From contig CM102284.1 in NCBI GenBank assembly GCA_046563655.1, positions 2,232,001 through 2,296,000 of the forward strand: 64,000 nucleotides of DNA, read 5' to 3'. The position numbers and the translations under genes were made by a program. This stretch comes from Yuukianura sp. NJ FZ-2021 (Eukaryota). Positions 61,601 through 64,000 of this stretch are shown piece after piece. The notes under the pieces were generated by a model. That model worked only from the letters and a program-made list of their open reading frames with translations. It ran no database searches and was not told the origin of the DNA. The stretch's first letter is position 1. Each line of letters begins with the position of its first letter.

Positions 61601-64000
61601 TAAAAATACTACCCATTGAATATGTAATAAACATACTCCAGCAAAGTTAATTAACCCATAGCATAACCCTTCTAACTCAAACTGGTTAAAATTGACCTTA
61701 AGTGAATTGGTTCAAATTTCAAAATTAAGAGGAATTTAAAAATTCAAAAAAAAAATTAAATAGGTTTCCCAGAAATTCTTTGATACGATCTATATCCCTG
61801 CTCTTTTCGAGTAACTCTTTAGACCACCCGGTTCGCATACATTTTGAGAATAATGTAACACTCTAACCTCTGCATCAAAACTTCAAAACATTTCAAAATT
61901 GTTGATACTCTTCAAAGTTCAAAATCTCCCGCTCAATAATCATTTCAAAATTTAGACTTTCATTGTGTACATTTCAAAATAACACCCTCACCAAAAATGG
62001 ATCAAAATTGAGTAAACACCGAAACTTTATTCCACCCTACAATTTCAAAACTCAACGCTAATTTTTCTAAAATTGTTTGGAAAATACTCTAAGAACCAAA
62101 ATTTTAAAATTCTCCCTAAGTGTTGATACAACCAAGTTAAGAAATGATTTTTTTCCATCATCCCAAAAGAGAGAATTGATGGACTTGGGGTCACACGGGT
62201 TAATTGCACCTTTAGAACATGCACCACCTTGGCAAAAAAAAACTAACCTAAAAAGAAAACAGAAAAGAAAAAGTAATAATCCGTGCATCGTAGTTGGGCA
62301 TTCCATGCCCCTGATGCCCATATATGGCAGAGTGACCAAAGGAAAATTGAGTGCCACCGGAGAGAATAACTAAGGCTTCTCTGGGCATTTCGTATTTTTG
62401 AACACAAGCAAAAAAGTTTAAGCATGAGCAGGGTGTGCTCCTCAAATTTTGAATTTCCCTCCTGAAAATTTAAAGTCGAGAAGAGCTGTTTTGGTAATTT
62501 GGTTCAATTCGACTCATAAATCACTTGACACCTTTCCTCCCCTTCCATCACCAAATGCCCATTTACTATTTAGCGAGTTACTAAAAAATGTGACAAGGTG
62601 GAGGAGAGGTCACTGGAGGGAAATTTAAAAAATTTGAATTTGGTGGGTTGATAACAGACATGCCCACTAATGGGAATCCAAGTGAAAGTGGAGGGTGTTG
62701 ATTGAGATAACTCCTTGATTCATGTCCGAAGTCAATTAAGACATGGAGTTCAAACTCCATTAAATTCACATGTTACACACTTATAAGCTTTTGTGTTACA
62801 TAACTTTAGCATATGTTGTAAGTTACTCATGCACATACTACGTTATACGATGTATGTCCATGTCTCATCATGCCTCAGGAACATCAAAACTCCAACCAAA
62901 TGTTTAAAACAAGCTCCAAAGTTCAATTACCCTCCACAAATGGGCATCCAAACATGCAAATCAATGTCATCCGCACACTGAGCACTCCACCCAAATCCAA
63001 ATACCCGCCTCTTTTATTACCCTCTCCCTATTGTTCCAAAATTATTGCAAATTTATGCGTTATATTTCACTATTGTTTCAAACTTATCCCAAATTTATGC
63101 GTTATGCTGTGCTATTACTCTTCTTAACTCAACTTCTTAACTACGGTTATCGTTTGTGGCTCAACTTAAAATTTTACCTAGTGTTAAGGAGTAGAAATTT
63201 TGACGATGATTTCCAAATTTCCCAAATTTTAATGCTACTTAAACAGTTTCACTTTGAAGGCATTTTGTTCAATTATAATTTTTCAACAACGAAATCCTTC
63301 AACTGGAATTCTTTCTACTACCAAATGTATTCAAATTTAACACAAAATCAGCCTACGGTAAACCTTACGATTGAAAAAATTTGTTTGTTGAACCAATTGT
63401 TGTTGAACAGATTTAGTTGAACCAATTACCCGCACCAGTTCCACTATGTATTACGCAACCTAGTATTTCATACTAGTCAAACAGCTACCAGGGTTTTCAA
63501 CACCAATTTCTTTTGAATTTGTAAACACTAACTTTGCACAACATTCGAGCCGATTCATGCTCCTCATGAATCATGAGCTGCCAGAATTGAGAAAAAATCA
63601 TTTTCGAATTCTTGTCAATCCTGAAGGTGTTCCCAAAAAATTCAGGATTTTTGAGAGGTATACTCTGCAGAATGGGTACCTTGAAAACAGCTTAGCGTTT
63701 TTTGGGCATGTGCTTTTCAAATGACTAAGCCCGGGAAACAGGTTTTCTTCGATTCACTTAAACTCCTAACGCATGTTACTAGAAAAGACACTTTGGAAAT
63801 AAGATTGAGAAGATGCATTTCTTTTCAAAATGGTTTGCGTGGAATTTGGATTGTGGATTGTGCGTGTGCCAAATAAGGTAAACATGGGAAGCGCCTTTTC
63901 TTCAACAATGAGAAAAAAACTGAAAGATTTAGGGCTAACCTAACTAGCCTGAACGTTCTTTCCAAAAGCTATTTAAATCAAAAATTTTACACGCATTTTC

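Noticed and set aside
58700-64000. Short ORFs in the terminal 5 kb
   Set aside because: AT-rich, no recognisable motifs or consistent exon chains; probably intergenic or 5' intronic.

Overview
AT-rich, intron-dense eukaryotic (animal) DNA. The gene families suggest a non-insect hexapod, plausibly a springtail (Collembola); this is an inference. About 20 spliced genes can be reconstructed by hand. In order: IPNS-like 2OG-Fe(II) dioxygenase, dienelactone hydrolase, nahoda-like His1/LPMO-like+EGF+DOMON secreted protein, chitin-binding (ChtBD2) protein, short Rip11-like protein, OBP-like protein, GR/OR-like chemoreceptor, AREL1 HECT ligase, truncated SEC14-like fragment, ceramide synthase with an A-run frameshift, C2H2 zinc-finger gene, TPR-like gene, a 78-aa secreted peptide precursor missing from the ORF track, two-domain phosphoethanolamine N-methyltransferase, secreted BBE-like FAD oxidase, formamidase, secreted LRR-like protein, two EamA/SLC35G transporters (the second frameshifted) and a compact agrin. 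Several MITE-like elements occur, including a 1.7-kb TTA-flanked element carrying a ~0.9-kb 7/11-bp satellite. The strongest candidate novelty is the apparent fusion of a histidine-brace (LPMO-like) copper domain with a Met/His heme-type DOMON domain, head-to-head with a chitin-binding gene. The second is a block of microbe/plant-like metabolic enzymes plus transporters at 34.6-49.3 kb. The last ~5 kb shows no supportable coding feature.
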